NCBI GenBank assembly: GCA_048128005.1
Contig: JBEUKZ010000104.1
Coordinates: 124,001 to 188,000, forward strand
Origin: Veleropilina oligotropha
Taxonomy: Eukaryota
Reading direction: 5' to 3'
DNA: 64,000 nucleotides
The position numbers and the translations under genes were made by a program. Positions 13,815 through 24,035 of this stretch are shown here, piece by piece. Numbering within the stretch: position 1 is the first letter of the stretch; each line of letters starts with the position of its first letter. The notes beneath the pieces were generated by a model. That model worked only from the letters and a program-made list of their open reading frames with translations. It searched no databases and had not been told where the DNA came from.

Positions 13815-16010
13815 GGCCCGAATTCATAAAGGCATTTTAACGTGCGTGTAGTTAAAACCCCGATTATCTTTTACACGCTAGATAAAACAATGTTGTCCGC
13901 GGACATCTAAATGACTGTCTAAGCTGCAATTCACAAGCAGCGATGATCGTCCGCTTAGACGTCCGCGAGTTAAGGTCGTTTCACACCAGACGCGTCCAAT
14001 TTTTCGCAACGATAATCGTTGCGACAAATCGTTATGAGCTTTCACACCAGATGCGAATTTCGTAACGGATACCACTACCATTCATGATACACGTTTGATT
14101 TTATATGGTTATCATTTTGTTTCATCTCTATTTTTATTATGTCAGTGTTTCAGTGGCTGTATAGACTGTACATGCATCCCAAATTCCGTATTTTATTCGG
14201 ATTGCATATCTTCTAAGCATAATAATATTTCAATATCTTTAAATCCTGGAATGGATTTATTAGAGGATATCATGCCGCTGTACTTGTACGATGATATCCT
14301 CTTTGGTGGTCTTCTGCATGATGCCATTTTGTCAATCCCATGCATGGATATGTTGGGAATTACTGGTCATGTGACAAGGAATACCCTGTTTTTACTATAT
14401 TTAACATGCGAAATCGTTGAGATAGGATCAGATCCTATCTCGACGATTTTCGTTGCGATTTTGTAAATATCGTTGCGACAATCGGATCGTGTCTGAAAGG
14501 CTCCGTGGTAATGTGTTGTTTCTATCATAACGAAAATCGTAACGATAATCGTTGCGATTTTCGTTGCGAAAATCGCATCAGGTGTGAAAGGGCCTTAACT
14601 CCTAATTGAATGCAATGTGGTTTCATTGTTCGTTGCTCTACATCAAGATGAAATACACAACTATGATTTACGTGCACTTGTATAGCGTGTCTAAAGTTCG
14701 TACTTGGAGACAATGTCGGGAGAGAAGAGAGGGGACATTTCGTAGACCAGCGAATGGGCCTGATTGATGCAGTTGAAGATACGGAACCAAAATCAGTCCC
14801 GTAAATTGGGACTTGACGCCATTTAATCTGACACTTTTTGTATGTGATCTTTGCATGGAAGTTATGATCATATCTTGAAATAAAATTAAAGATATATTAA
14901 TAAATGTTGAAAATGTCGATACGTTAATACGATAAGAAAAAAACGAGCTTGCCTTTTATTCAATATCGATGTTTACATCGTTTATTGCTAATCTTCAAAT
15001 TATATTTTTTAGATATGATAATCTCAAAACTATCATAACGTTATGCAAAGAATAATACATAAAATGTCAAATTAAATGACTTTACATCCCAGTTTACGGC
15101 ACTGATTCGGGGTCAGCACCTATAACAAACGAAAGTTGTAAAAGATAGAGAAGTGACGCGCCAGCTTACTACAGTTGAAACAGACTGCATGGGATGCTAT
15201 ATCAAAACGAAGTCGGTAATTTTGTCAGCGACCAAAATCGTCTGCCAAGAATTTACGAGAGTTATGGAAGAGGATGAAAACGAAGGCAAAGGCGCTTGCT
15301 TGAGAGAAGAAAATCGATATTCTTAAACAAGTATTACCCTGTCAGAAATTTCGTGAATAGCTGCAATAATTGTTCTTCATACACCAGATGGTCATCTGTT
15401 GAACCATACCATATTTCAACGACATTCATCAGAATATATATTATATGAGAACACACACAAATTGGAAATTGAGGCCGCAATATCCTTTCATGTCCAAAAG
15501 TCTTAAAGCAAATACAAAAAACTGCTACATGGAATCAACTAATAGTGCCTACGATGCCAGGAAATGGTATGATCTCGTAGAAACCCCCAATAACAACTCT
15601 TCGCTCTTGTTTGGTGTCAGGAATATTTATAAACTTCTGTACAAATTTCTATAGTGACACGAAGAACAACCTTGCAACGGGTTGGTTGGGAAACTGACAG
15701 CTGTTCAAGTCGTATAAGGTCATGATTTCTCCTCGTTTTTGGCAGCATGTTATCTTCAAAGAGAATAACCAAAGAAACAATTGTTTTGAGATTCTGTAAA
15801 TCCATATGAAATAATTAGTCGGCCACATAAACAACCCCCTCACTGGCGATTAAAACTTCTTTTGTTATTTGATCGCAGACGGTTAAAATTTCATCGTGCG
15901 CTAGTTAATCACATCTCATGAATCGTTGACTAAGTGTAAATAGGCGATGATCGCGCGATTATTATGTTTACCCGCGTGTAAAAGTTAAAACACCTTTATG
16001 AATTCGGGCC
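13815..16010 (-). mobile_element. Decayed PIF/Harbinger DNA transposon
   Basis: Perfect 18-bp TIR GGCCCGAATTCATAAAGG and 3-bp TSD TAT (13812-13814, 16011-16013). HARBI1-like remnants on the minus strand (VSQPT..VVLRVT, FPGIVGTI) at ~15300-15800. Confidence 0.8.
13974..14594. mobile_element. TTAA-flanked TIR MITE nested in the Harbinger
   Basis: GGTCGTTTCACACC...GGTGTGAAAGGGCC termini, TTAA on both sides, internal CGATAATCGTTGCGA repeats. Confidence 0.7.
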
Positions 16011-16119
16011 TATGAATGGTTTACAGGTTGCAATTTACATTATATTGAGTTGGCTGTATGACAGATAATACTACGCGATTTCGGTAATTCCGGTAATTAT
16101 ATAAGATATCTTCGCAGGG

Positions 16120-17010
16120 ATACCAGAAACATCCCCATAGCTCCAAAATTATATTTGATACTGTATCTCACGGATACCCCGGTTCATCGAAAATGTTCGC
16201 CAGATGCCACAATTTTCTTTTTCTAACCGCTTCTGTTGCAAACTAGACTAGAACTGTATTTATATCTTAGTTTAATATATTATTTATTTGAGTAAAATGG
16301 ACCAGGTATGGTGTATATGTACCCCCCCCCCCCACACACACACATATAAAAGTCCGACCCCATAATTTTTCTGGACCACTGGGGTCCCCTGAGCCATACT
16401 TCATGGTTTAAAGCAAAAATGCATACATTAAAGGAAATCATGTCATCTTATAATTATCATAAAGTGTTCATATGGCAGATTTAATGGATTATTGCTTGTC
16501 GTAACTGGGGTTGAATAGCAATATTACCCCACTTTTTCTCATCGTAATGCGGAAATGACTAACATATTTCAGCTTGTAGTTATGTATATAAAATAAGAGT
16601 ACATAACATCTTATATGCATGAGTAAATAATTTTCTATCATAATTCATTCTGCATTATCCCAGCTTTCATTTGATACCACATGCAATAGCCCCAAATCCC
16701 CTTTTGTTACAGTATACGTATCACGGATATCGTCAGTTCGTGGAATCCTCGAACGCTGGTACCAGTAAGAAGGGGTACTTAAATGTACCATATACATTGC
16801 ATTTGTCCATCCAGGTCTGGTTCAACGCGTACCGTCCAAGGATGGAATCAGCTCTTAAGGCCAAATGGGAAACTTTCCTGGCACACAAGAGGCATCCAAG
16901 TCAAAGCACACTTACAGCGCTCAGAAGTGCTCGGAGCATCACACACCGCCTCGCAAGACAGTGTGCCAACGAATACCGGCTGCAGCTGTGCGAAGGAATA
17001 TAGCGCAGTG
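16120..17010 (+). repeat. Left arm (part 1) of an inverted duplication: dispersed repeat plus RTE fragment, interrupted by the Polinton
   Basis: Reverse complement of ~41103-42072, e.g. GGTTCATCGAAAATGTTCGCCAGATGCCACAATTTTC; continues at 38667. Confidence 0.8.
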
Positions 17011-17655
17011 AGTAGTAGGTACTCCAGTTGGGGGAACTTCCGGCGCCTTAGGGCACTTTCGTTGACGCATGCGCAGTGGTGTATTGTGGGTAATGTATTG
17101 TCGGTTTTTATATAGCGAACTTCCTTTGTTCTCGGTTTGTACAGAACACCTGCTCTCTTATCCAATGATATTGTCGGGAATTATAGCGAACTTCCTTTGT
17201 TCTCGGTTTGCACATAACACCTGCTCTCTTATCCAATGATATTGTCGGGAATTATAGCGAACTTCTCTCTTATCCAATGATAGCGAACTCCTTTGTTCTC
17301 GGGTTGTACATAACACCTGCTCCATCTTTGCATCTTGAAGGAAATACGAAAAGGCCAATTTTGCATCGTTGAAGGAAATACGAAAAGGACAATTTTGCAT
17401 CGAGGTAAATATATATAATTGCTAGGAAAACTATGGTTTTATATAATGTTTATATTCATCAGTAGAAAGTAAATATGTATAAAGTATATACATCAATTTT
17501 GCATCGAGGTAAATATATATAATTGCTAGGAAAACTATGGTTTATATTCATCGGTAGAAATATGTATAAAGCATATGTCTGACGTTTCTTGTATATATTC
17601 CCCGGCATCAGTAAATATCTAAATGTATAACGTTTCCTTTCCAGCATTATGACGA
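17011..17655 (+). repeat. Polinton left TIR
   Basis: Reverse complement of 37992-38660 with a few indels. Contains ~71-bp tandem units (TAGCGAACTTCCTTTGTTCTCGG...) and a duplicated GCATCGAGGTAAATATATATAATTGCTAGG block. Confidence 0.95.
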
Positions 17656-18104
17656 TTGATCTCGATAGAGGGTGTTCCGTTGAGAAACTGGATAACGTTA
17701 TCCTGTTAAAAGGACCGAACAAGTCATTGGAGTTTCCGTTTAATCGTTGGAAGTTATTCGCCGAAAATTTCGGCAAATTTGACGAAACAATATTGGATGT
17801 TATCGCCGGCAATCAGGTATCGTTTCGTCTTCATATCGGAGGCAATGTATTCGTGACGATTAGCCGACAGTGGCCACATATGGATATTAGACAATTTTGG
17901 TTACCCGAAAACAGTGTAGATGTGTGCCCCACTCGTAAAGGAATTACGCTTAAATTTTATCAATTCACAAAATTGAAGGAGGCTACGATATCAGTGCCCG
18001 ACGATATCGAGTTGTGTTATTTGCAAGACGACCATCAAAACCAGATTGGTGCAATTAATTGTCCCGAGTGCAACCCGAATAAAAAAGTTTGGGGGTTCTA
18101 TTAG
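17649..18104 (+). CDS. PC4-like ssDNA-binding protein with C-terminal Cys/His cluster
   Basis: HIGGNVFVTI...DIRQFW...PTRKGITL PC4 signature; C-terminal C..DH.N....NCPECNP. Confidence 0.75.
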   Translation: MTIDLDRGCSVEKLDNVILLKGPNKSLEFPFNRWKLFAENFGKFDETILDVIAGNQVSFRLHIGGNVFVTISRQWPHMDIRQFWLPENSVDVCPTRKGITLKFYQFTKLKEATISVPDDIELCYLQDDHQNQIGAINCPECNPNKKVWGFY

Positions 18105-18107
18105 TGT

Positions 18108-18386
18108 GTGTGTTTACTAACAAGCGTTTCATTTATGATGTCGACACCGGAAGAGACAGTTGTGGAAACATTCTTACCACAAAATACGGATACTGCGAAG
18201 AAAACAAAGGTCAAATGGACTGTTGTCATTGTGATATTAGTATGTACTATGGTTGGACTGACGACTAATAACTGGGAACTATGTGTTAAAACACCTCCTG
18301 ATCCTCTCCATGCAGAACCACTTCGTATTATGAACATATCCAATTCCAATATAAATAGTACTATTTGGATGTTGAATAATAATTAA
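18108..18386 (+). CDS. Small putative membrane protein (accessory)
   Basis: 92-aa ORF with a basic patch followed by a hydrophobic stretch (WTVVIVILVCTMVGL), tightly packed between PC4 and integrase. Confidence 0.35.
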   Translation: MCLLTSVSFMMSTPEETVVETFLPQNTDTAKKTKVKWTVVIVILVCTMVGLTTNNWELCVKTPPDPLHAEPLRIMNISNSNINSTIWMLNNN

Positions 18387-18498
18387 TATTGCATATGTCT
18401 ATTCTAAAGAATAATATTCAAGCAATCCAAACAATGTACTTTTGCTGTTGTCAATAAATGTATATAAGTCAATGTTTAGTCATTATTAATTCATTGTC

Positions 18499-19577
18499 AT
18501 GGCAGAAGCGTACTTGAAAAAGTTGTGGTATGACCCAAAACATGGATATGGCGGTCCGGACAAGTTGTATAGAATGGTGAAAAAACAGGGGAAATTCAAT
18601 ATTAGTAATAAAAAGATCACCCAATGGTTACAAGACCAAGACGCATACAGTTTACAAAAAGGGGTGATACGGAAATTCAGGCGAAGCCGTGTTATCGTTG
18701 GTGGAATTGATTCGATGTTTGATGGTGATTTAGCCGACATGCAAAATGTGACTAAGTACAACGATGGCATAACCTTCTTATTGATCGTAATCGATGTGTT
18801 TTCTCGTTACCTATGGATAGTTCCAGTAGCGAATAAATTAGGTAAAACCATTGTTGATGCATTGAAATCCATATTTAAAGAAGGGCGAAAACCTCGCATG
18901 ATTCGGTTTGATAAGGGGAGCGAATTCAATAACCGATGGGTAAAACCATATCTGGCATCGGAAAATATTGCAGTGCATTTCACACAAAATGAATCGAAGG
19001 CAAATTATGCCGAACGTGTTATAAAAACATTTAAAAATATGATATACAGGCATTTCACAGCCAATCAAACGTACCGTTACATAGATAACTTACAAGACTT
19101 GGTGTCCAATTATAACAATAGACCTCATCGATCATTAGGACAATGGACTCCTGCTAGCATTAACAAAAACAATGAAGACGAGGCTCGATATAAGATGTAT
19201 CTGGCACGTACTAAATCAACAACATTGTCCAAGAAATACAAGTTTAACATGGGCGATAAGGTTAGAATATCGCATATAAAACATCCGTTTTAAGAGATTA
19301 TCAGCAAAAGTGGTCGGAAGAATTATTTATCATCGTTAAACGATATAAGCGTCAAGGAACATCTATTTATCAATTAACTGATTATGCAGATGAGGCTATA
19401 TCGGGTACATTCTACGAAAGAGAAATGCAAAAGGTCAATAAAACTGCAGACACCATATGGCGGATAGAAAAGGTATTGAAGCGGCGAAAACGCAATGGCG
19501 AGAATGAAATACTAGTAAACTGGAGGGGTTGGCCGTCTAAATTTGATTCTTGGATAAGACGAGGTGCAATTGTATAA
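18499..19577 (+). pseudogene. Retroviral-type (rve) integrase with C-terminal chromodomain, frameshifted
   Basis: DLADM, IDVFSRY, FDKGSEF, AERVIKT, YNNRPH. At ~19291 a 1-nt shortfall (KHPF/RDYQQKWSEE) shifts the frame, which then runs GTFYE...IEKVLKRRK...VNWRGWPSKFDSWI to TAA 19575-19577. Confidence 0.93.
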
Positions 19578-19612
19578 TATGACATGTTAATTTATAATGT
19601 TGTCACATCACG

Positions 19613-20032
19613 ATGAGTGTTCGTATGGTAATCAAGTCCACGGACAGTTCGGAATATTTCGAGAATGAACATTACGATTTCAGAGTAAAATTAAACAAAC
19701 CGGCACTATTCGATGGTTATTGGACCGTAGCCTTGAACGAAATAGCCATTAACGGTTGCGCTAAGAGTAAAAATAATCGTGACCTATTTGTGTGTTTTGA
19801 TGCGTGTAGCGAAAGTGTGGTTGGAGACACATCTATGCCTTTATTGAGGAAAATATTTTTGAGAAATAGAGCACCGTGTAACATGATTTACAATGTACCT
19901 TATTATACACGTTTGAATCAAAGTCAGCTTCACCAAGTGCACATATATATAAAGGATATTAAGGGAGATCTAGCTTCATTCATCACTGGAACAGTAACGG
20001 TGACACTTCATTTTAAAAAGTTCCCTTTCTAA
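19613..20032 (+). CDS. Minor capsid protein (penton), compact 139 aa
   Basis: Polinton penton-like blocks F.VKL.KP..FDG.WTVAL.EI, S.VGD..MPLLR, PYY, I.IKD..G, VTLHF. Confidence 0.75.
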   Translation: MSVRMVIKSTDSSEYFENEHYDFRVKLNKPALFDGYWTVALNEIAINGCAKSKNNRDLFVCFDACSESVVGDTSMPLLRKIFLRNRAPCNMIYNVPYYTRLNQSQLHQVHIYIKDIKGDLASFITGTVTVTLHFKKFPF

Positions 20033-20035
20033 GCC

Positions 20036-20404
20036 ATGTCTGGACCATTGTACATCAGCAACCCCAAGATGTGGGATCAAATATTTAAAAACATGCGTTC
20101 AGGCAAAATACAATCCGATAGACAAAGGGGTCAGGGTATAGCAACCATGGTATCGCCCATGGCTGAGGTAGTGGAAAGGGCTAAAGTCCAATTAAAAACT
20201 CAAAGGAAAGTAGGTTTGCCACACATAAAAGTTGCAGGAAAAAGGAAAAGCGTCAGTCGGTCAAAGATAGTCAAGAAGATCACATCGTCTTCCAAGAAGA
20301 AGGTTACAAAGAAGAAAGCACGTAAGCCAGTCAAAAAAACACAAAGCCGTAATAATTTTAAAGACACTGTGTTTGCACGTAATGGCGTTTCTGAGCGAAA
20401 ATAA
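20036..20404 (+). CDS. Lys-rich basic protein, putative virion core protein
   Basis: YISNPKMW..., QRGQG, VSP...VERAK and a highly basic C-terminus; overlaps the MCP start. Confidence 0.6.
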   Translation: MSGPLYISNPKMWDQIFKNMRSGKIQSDRQRGQGIATMVSPMAEVVERAKVQLKTQRKVGLPHIKVAGKRKSVSRSKIVKKITSSSKKKVTKKKARKPVKKTQSRNNFKDTVFARNGVSERK

Positions 20405-21689
20405 TCAGCAGATTGAAGTACCAGCTGAATTAGATTTGTTTAAGAGTTATTCCAATCAGGTTGCTATCGAGAATATTTATTATGCAGAATCGAGACCTAT
20501 TTCAAACATTCATGGCGAAGTAGTCGAATTTAGTATTACAGGTCAAGGACCTGATTATATCGATCTAAAACGTAGTCGTTTGTACGTCAAGGCAAGAATT
20601 ATAAAGGCTGATGGAACACCATTGATAAAAGATGAAAAAGTTGGCATAATCAACCTTCCTTTACAATCGATGTGGTCACAGATCGACGTATACATGAACA
20701 ATAAATTGGTGACCTTGAATACTACTAATTATCCGTGGAAAGCGTATATCAAAACTATACTATCCAGTGGATCCGACGAACAAAATTCGCATCTCCAAAG
20801 CCAGTTATTCTTCAAAGATTCGGTGTATATGGATGATCCTGACCCCGTATTAGGTGGTAATCAAGGACTCTTAAAGCGCTATGATTATACCAAAGGAAAT
20901 ACAGTTTTCGAAATGGAATCCCCCTTATACGAGGATATATTTGCCTTGAATAAATATTTGTTGAACGGAGTCGATATTCGCATCAAACTATTCCGATCCC
21001 GCAATCCATTCGTGTTGATGTCCAATGAAGATTCACCGGCCTAAAAACTCGAATTAATCGATGTGGTCTACAAATTGGCTAAAATACGGGTCGACCCAGG
21101 TATGGTGGTGAATCACATGAAGCAATTGGAACACGATACGGTTAAATACCCCCTGGATAGAACCGAAGTGAAAATGAACACTATCGCCAAAGGATCAAGC
21201 GAGTTCTTTTGGGATAATATGTTTCCAAATGCACGCCCATCTAAGTTGGTCATTGGATTGATTAGTCAATCAGCGGTCAATGGATCGTATAAGAAAAACC
21301 CGTTTAATTTTCAACACTTTAACGTGCAGGATGTAGGACTCTACGTGAATGGACAAAGTGTGCCGGGGCCACCATTAAAACTAAATTTTAACAATCATTC
21401 TGAAAATGCATCGGCTTATGCTAATCTATTCGACAAGTGCGACAGATTGACCACTGGTCTTAATATTAATAGATATGATTATGCAACCGGATATACATTG
21501 TTCGTATTCACGTTCGACCCATGCGACCTGGGAAGTAGGTATATCAATTTGATCCAGCACGGAAATACCAGATTGACCATGAGATTCCAAACGGCGACGA
21601 CGGAGGCCATCAGTTGCGTTGCAGTGGCGACATTTCCAGCACTTATCGAAATCGATCGAGTACACAACGTGACATACATTCAACCATGA
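20382..21689 (+). pseudogene. Major capsid protein (double jelly-roll), one nonsense codon
   Basis: ORFs 20373-21044 and 21063-21689 are in the same frame with TAA at 21042-21044. Motifs: ELDLF, YIDLKRSRLYVK, SMWSQIDV, YPWKAYI, YLLNGVDIRIKL, GSYKKNPFNFQHF, GYTLFVF. Confidence 0.9.
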
Positions 21690-22141
21690 ACGGTTATCAA
21701 TTAAAACATGTCATAAGAAGCTACCCATGTTTAAGCGATGTAACTAGGGGTGTTTTTGCGATTAATACATTACCCCTACATGTCGTGGAATACCCTAGTG
21801 CCTACATCGTGAATACGGATCCATTACCAGGACCAGGGAAACATTGGGTAGCCATACTTTTCTTAAACGAATGGCATGCCGAATTCATGGACAGTTTAGG
21901 GGAACCACCGGAACAATACGGTTTGAAATCGTTTATCGTGAGAAATGCGAGAAATTATTCGTGGATAAGAAATCGTATTCAATCTTATTATTCTAGTTAT
22001 TGTGGTCTATACGTATTGTACTTTATTGTAATGCGAATGTGTTTTCACGTATCCTTAGATGACATGTGTAGTGATTTTACTCTAGATCTTATGCAAAATG
22101 ATGACATTGTACTAGCATTTACTCATTCAATATTTGTGTAA
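21686..22141 (+). CDS. Adenain-like maturation cysteine protease
   Basis: IVNTD....GKHWVA, FMDSLG, IQ.....CG (His/Asp/Cys triad). Its ATG overlaps the MCP stop (ATGA). Confidence 0.9.
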   Translation: MNGYQLKHVIRSYPCLSDVTRGVFAINTLPLHVVEYPSAYIVNTDPLPGPGKHWVAILFLNEWHAEFMDSLGEPPEQYGLKSFIVRNARNYSWIRNRIQSYYSSYCGLYVLYFIVMRMCFHVSLDDMCSDFTLDLMQNDDIVLAFTHSIFV

Positions 22142-22859
22142 TAAAATATGTAAAACCCCACTTTGTTGTCCTTTTAAAAAGTGCATGCATGCAATCCTAC
22201 AGTCATTTATAGACGATCCATCAAAGATGACGTGTCTATTGAAATTTATGTCGCCTTGCACTATTATGATAAGTGGGTGCACGCAGTCGGGTAAAACTTA
22301 CTTTACCAAGCGCTTGCTCGAACACGACATGTTTATGTCACCACCCACCAAGATAGTATATGCCTATTCAGAATATCAATCCCTGTACGATGACATGAAA
22401 AATGTTATATTTCATCATGGCTTACCCACAAAAGATGATATCGAATCCTATTCCGAAAACAGTGGTCACATGATTTTGGTATTGGATGACATGATGCTAC
22501 GTATTGCTCAATCAGAAGAATGCGTCCACTTATTTACTGTGACGTCACATCATCGTAATGTCACGTCCATCTTTTTGACTCAAAATCTGTACCCTCCAGG
22601 CAAATACGCTCGAAGTATATCATTAAATTGCACTTATTTCGTGATATTTCGCAATTACAGAGATAACAAGCAGATAATTTCATTTGGAGCTCAGATTTTG
22701 CCGGGTGAATCTGCTTTTTATAAAGATGCGTATGATAAATCTACGTCATCCAAGTATGGATATCTCCTGATAGATTTATCACCTCACACGGACAAGACGT
22801 ATCAATTACGCACCCTCATATTCCCTGGTGAAGATTGCATTATTTATCGCCCAATATAA
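22134..22859 (+). CDS. A32/FtsK-HerA family genome-packaging ATPase
   Basis: Walker A GCTQSGKT, Walker B ILVLDD, SHHRN, TQN, R.ISLN, YGYLLIDL. The true start is probably the Met near 22228. Confidence 0.92.
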   Translation: MCNKICKTPLCCPFKKCMHAILQSFIDDPSKMTCLLKFMSPCTIMISGCTQSGKTYFTKRLLEHDMFMSPPTKIVYAYSEYQSLYDDMKNVIFHHGLPTKDDIESYSENSGHMILVLDDMMLRIAQSEECVHLFTVTSHHRNVTSIFLTQNLYPPGKYARSISLNCTYFVIFRNYRDNKQIISFGAQILPGESAFYKDAYDKSTSSKYGYLLIDLSPHTDKTYQLRTLIFPGEDCIIYRPI

Positions 22860-22898
22860 AAGCAGCTCGCTGTATCATTACATCTCATTAGTGACGCG

Positions 22899-23213
22899 AT
22901 GTCGGATACGATCAGAAGTCAGTCCGCATTCCTGAAGATATTGCATGATTGTAACCCTAGGCAACGAAAAGCGTTAATCGAATACATATCTGCAGGACAA
23001 CTAAAAGCATTGTCGCAAGTGGCTTTAAATATTTTGAAAGGAAACGTTAAGTTAATTTCATCTGATATAAATAAGATACGGCCTTGTAAAAATATCATTT
23101 CACTCTTATCCAGTCGAAGTGAGAGTTACGAGACGAAGAAAAAAGTCTTATTGAAACATACTGCGGTGATACGATTATTGTTAAAACCAGTCATCTCATT
23201 ACTCAATGGCTAA
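22899..23213 (+). CDS. Conserved small basic Polinton protein
   Basis: QRKALI....Q.KAL...ALNILKGNVKL pattern, which I recognise from small Polinton ORFs. Confidence 0.65.
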   Translation: MSDTIRSQSAFLKILHDCNPRQRKALIEYISAGQLKALSQVALNILKGNVKLISSDINKIRPCKNIISLLSSRSESYETKKKVLLKHTAVIRLLLKPVISLLNG

Positions 23214-23430
23214 GGAATTCATCTTAGTGCCTAAAGAGAAATACGATGCCTTACTCAGTGTACCAAACATCGTGTCCACATCGGTTATACCATCAAAGGA
23301 ACATCATACTGATAATCATCCAGACGTCGTTAATTTGATCGAACGAATTGTTGGAAATGGAATACCTGGGAAATTAATTGATGGACCACCAGGAAAAAGA
23401 CAAGAGACATTTCAATGGCTACCCTATTAA
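23206..23430 (+). CDS. Small Polinton protein (74 aa)
   Basis: MAKEFILVPKEKYD start and WLPY end; overlaps the previous ORF; followed by AATAAA at ~23443. Confidence 0.5.
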   Translation: MAKEFILVPKEKYDALLSVPNIVSTSVIPSKEHHTDNHPDVVNLIERIVGNGIPGKLIDGPPGKRQETFQWLPY

Positions 23431-23534
23431 TGTACAACTCTGAATAAAAATATGTGTACAATTTTATTGAATCTCGTTATAACATCCAATGTCATTATCA
23501 ATAAAATATTATTCATACAAGAATGCTCACAGAC

Positions 23535-23890
23535 ATAAAAATATACTACAATATTTACTCTGGAGACAAATTATTCTATATTATTTCTCTCTGGCATGAA
23601 AATAAGTCACAATATTTATCAAAGACAAAGAAAATAAACCTATTGGAATTGCATTGAAATACTATTACTATGCGATAAAAAATCTCGAACTAAAAAATAT
23701 ACTACAATATTTACTCTGGAGACAAATTATTCTATATTATTTCTCTCTGGCATAAAAATAAGTCACAATATTTCTCTCTGGCATAAAAATAAGTCACAAT
23801 ATTTCTCAAAGACAAAGAAAATAATCCTATTGGAATTGCATTGAATTATGAATATACGACATAAAAAATTCTTCAACTTAAAAATATTCT
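23535..23890. repeat. AT-rich tandem duplication (~157-bp unit) between the convergent gene blocks
   Basis: AAAATATACTACAATATTTACTCTGGAGACAAATTATTC... occurs twice, with an internal sub-duplication. Confidence 0.7.
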
Positions 23891-24035
23891 TCAAGATTTA
23901 TTCGTTGGACAAAAATAATGTACATAAAAACTCTCTCGAGAGATAAATTAGACATTATTTATCTAGACGAATAATTTAAACAAAATTTTATCAAAGGCCA
24001 AGAAATCTGTACGTAAATATCTGTCTCTATGAGAT

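Noticed and set aside
17158..17400. 80-aa ORF in the TIR (mirror at 38300-38509)
   Set aside because: Arises from tandem TIR units and points outward; no protein features.
19280..19300. Programmed frameshift in integrase (also the A9 run in pPolB and readthrough of the MCP stop)
   Set aside because: Several independent lesions point to decay. The homopolymer lesion could also be a sequencing error.
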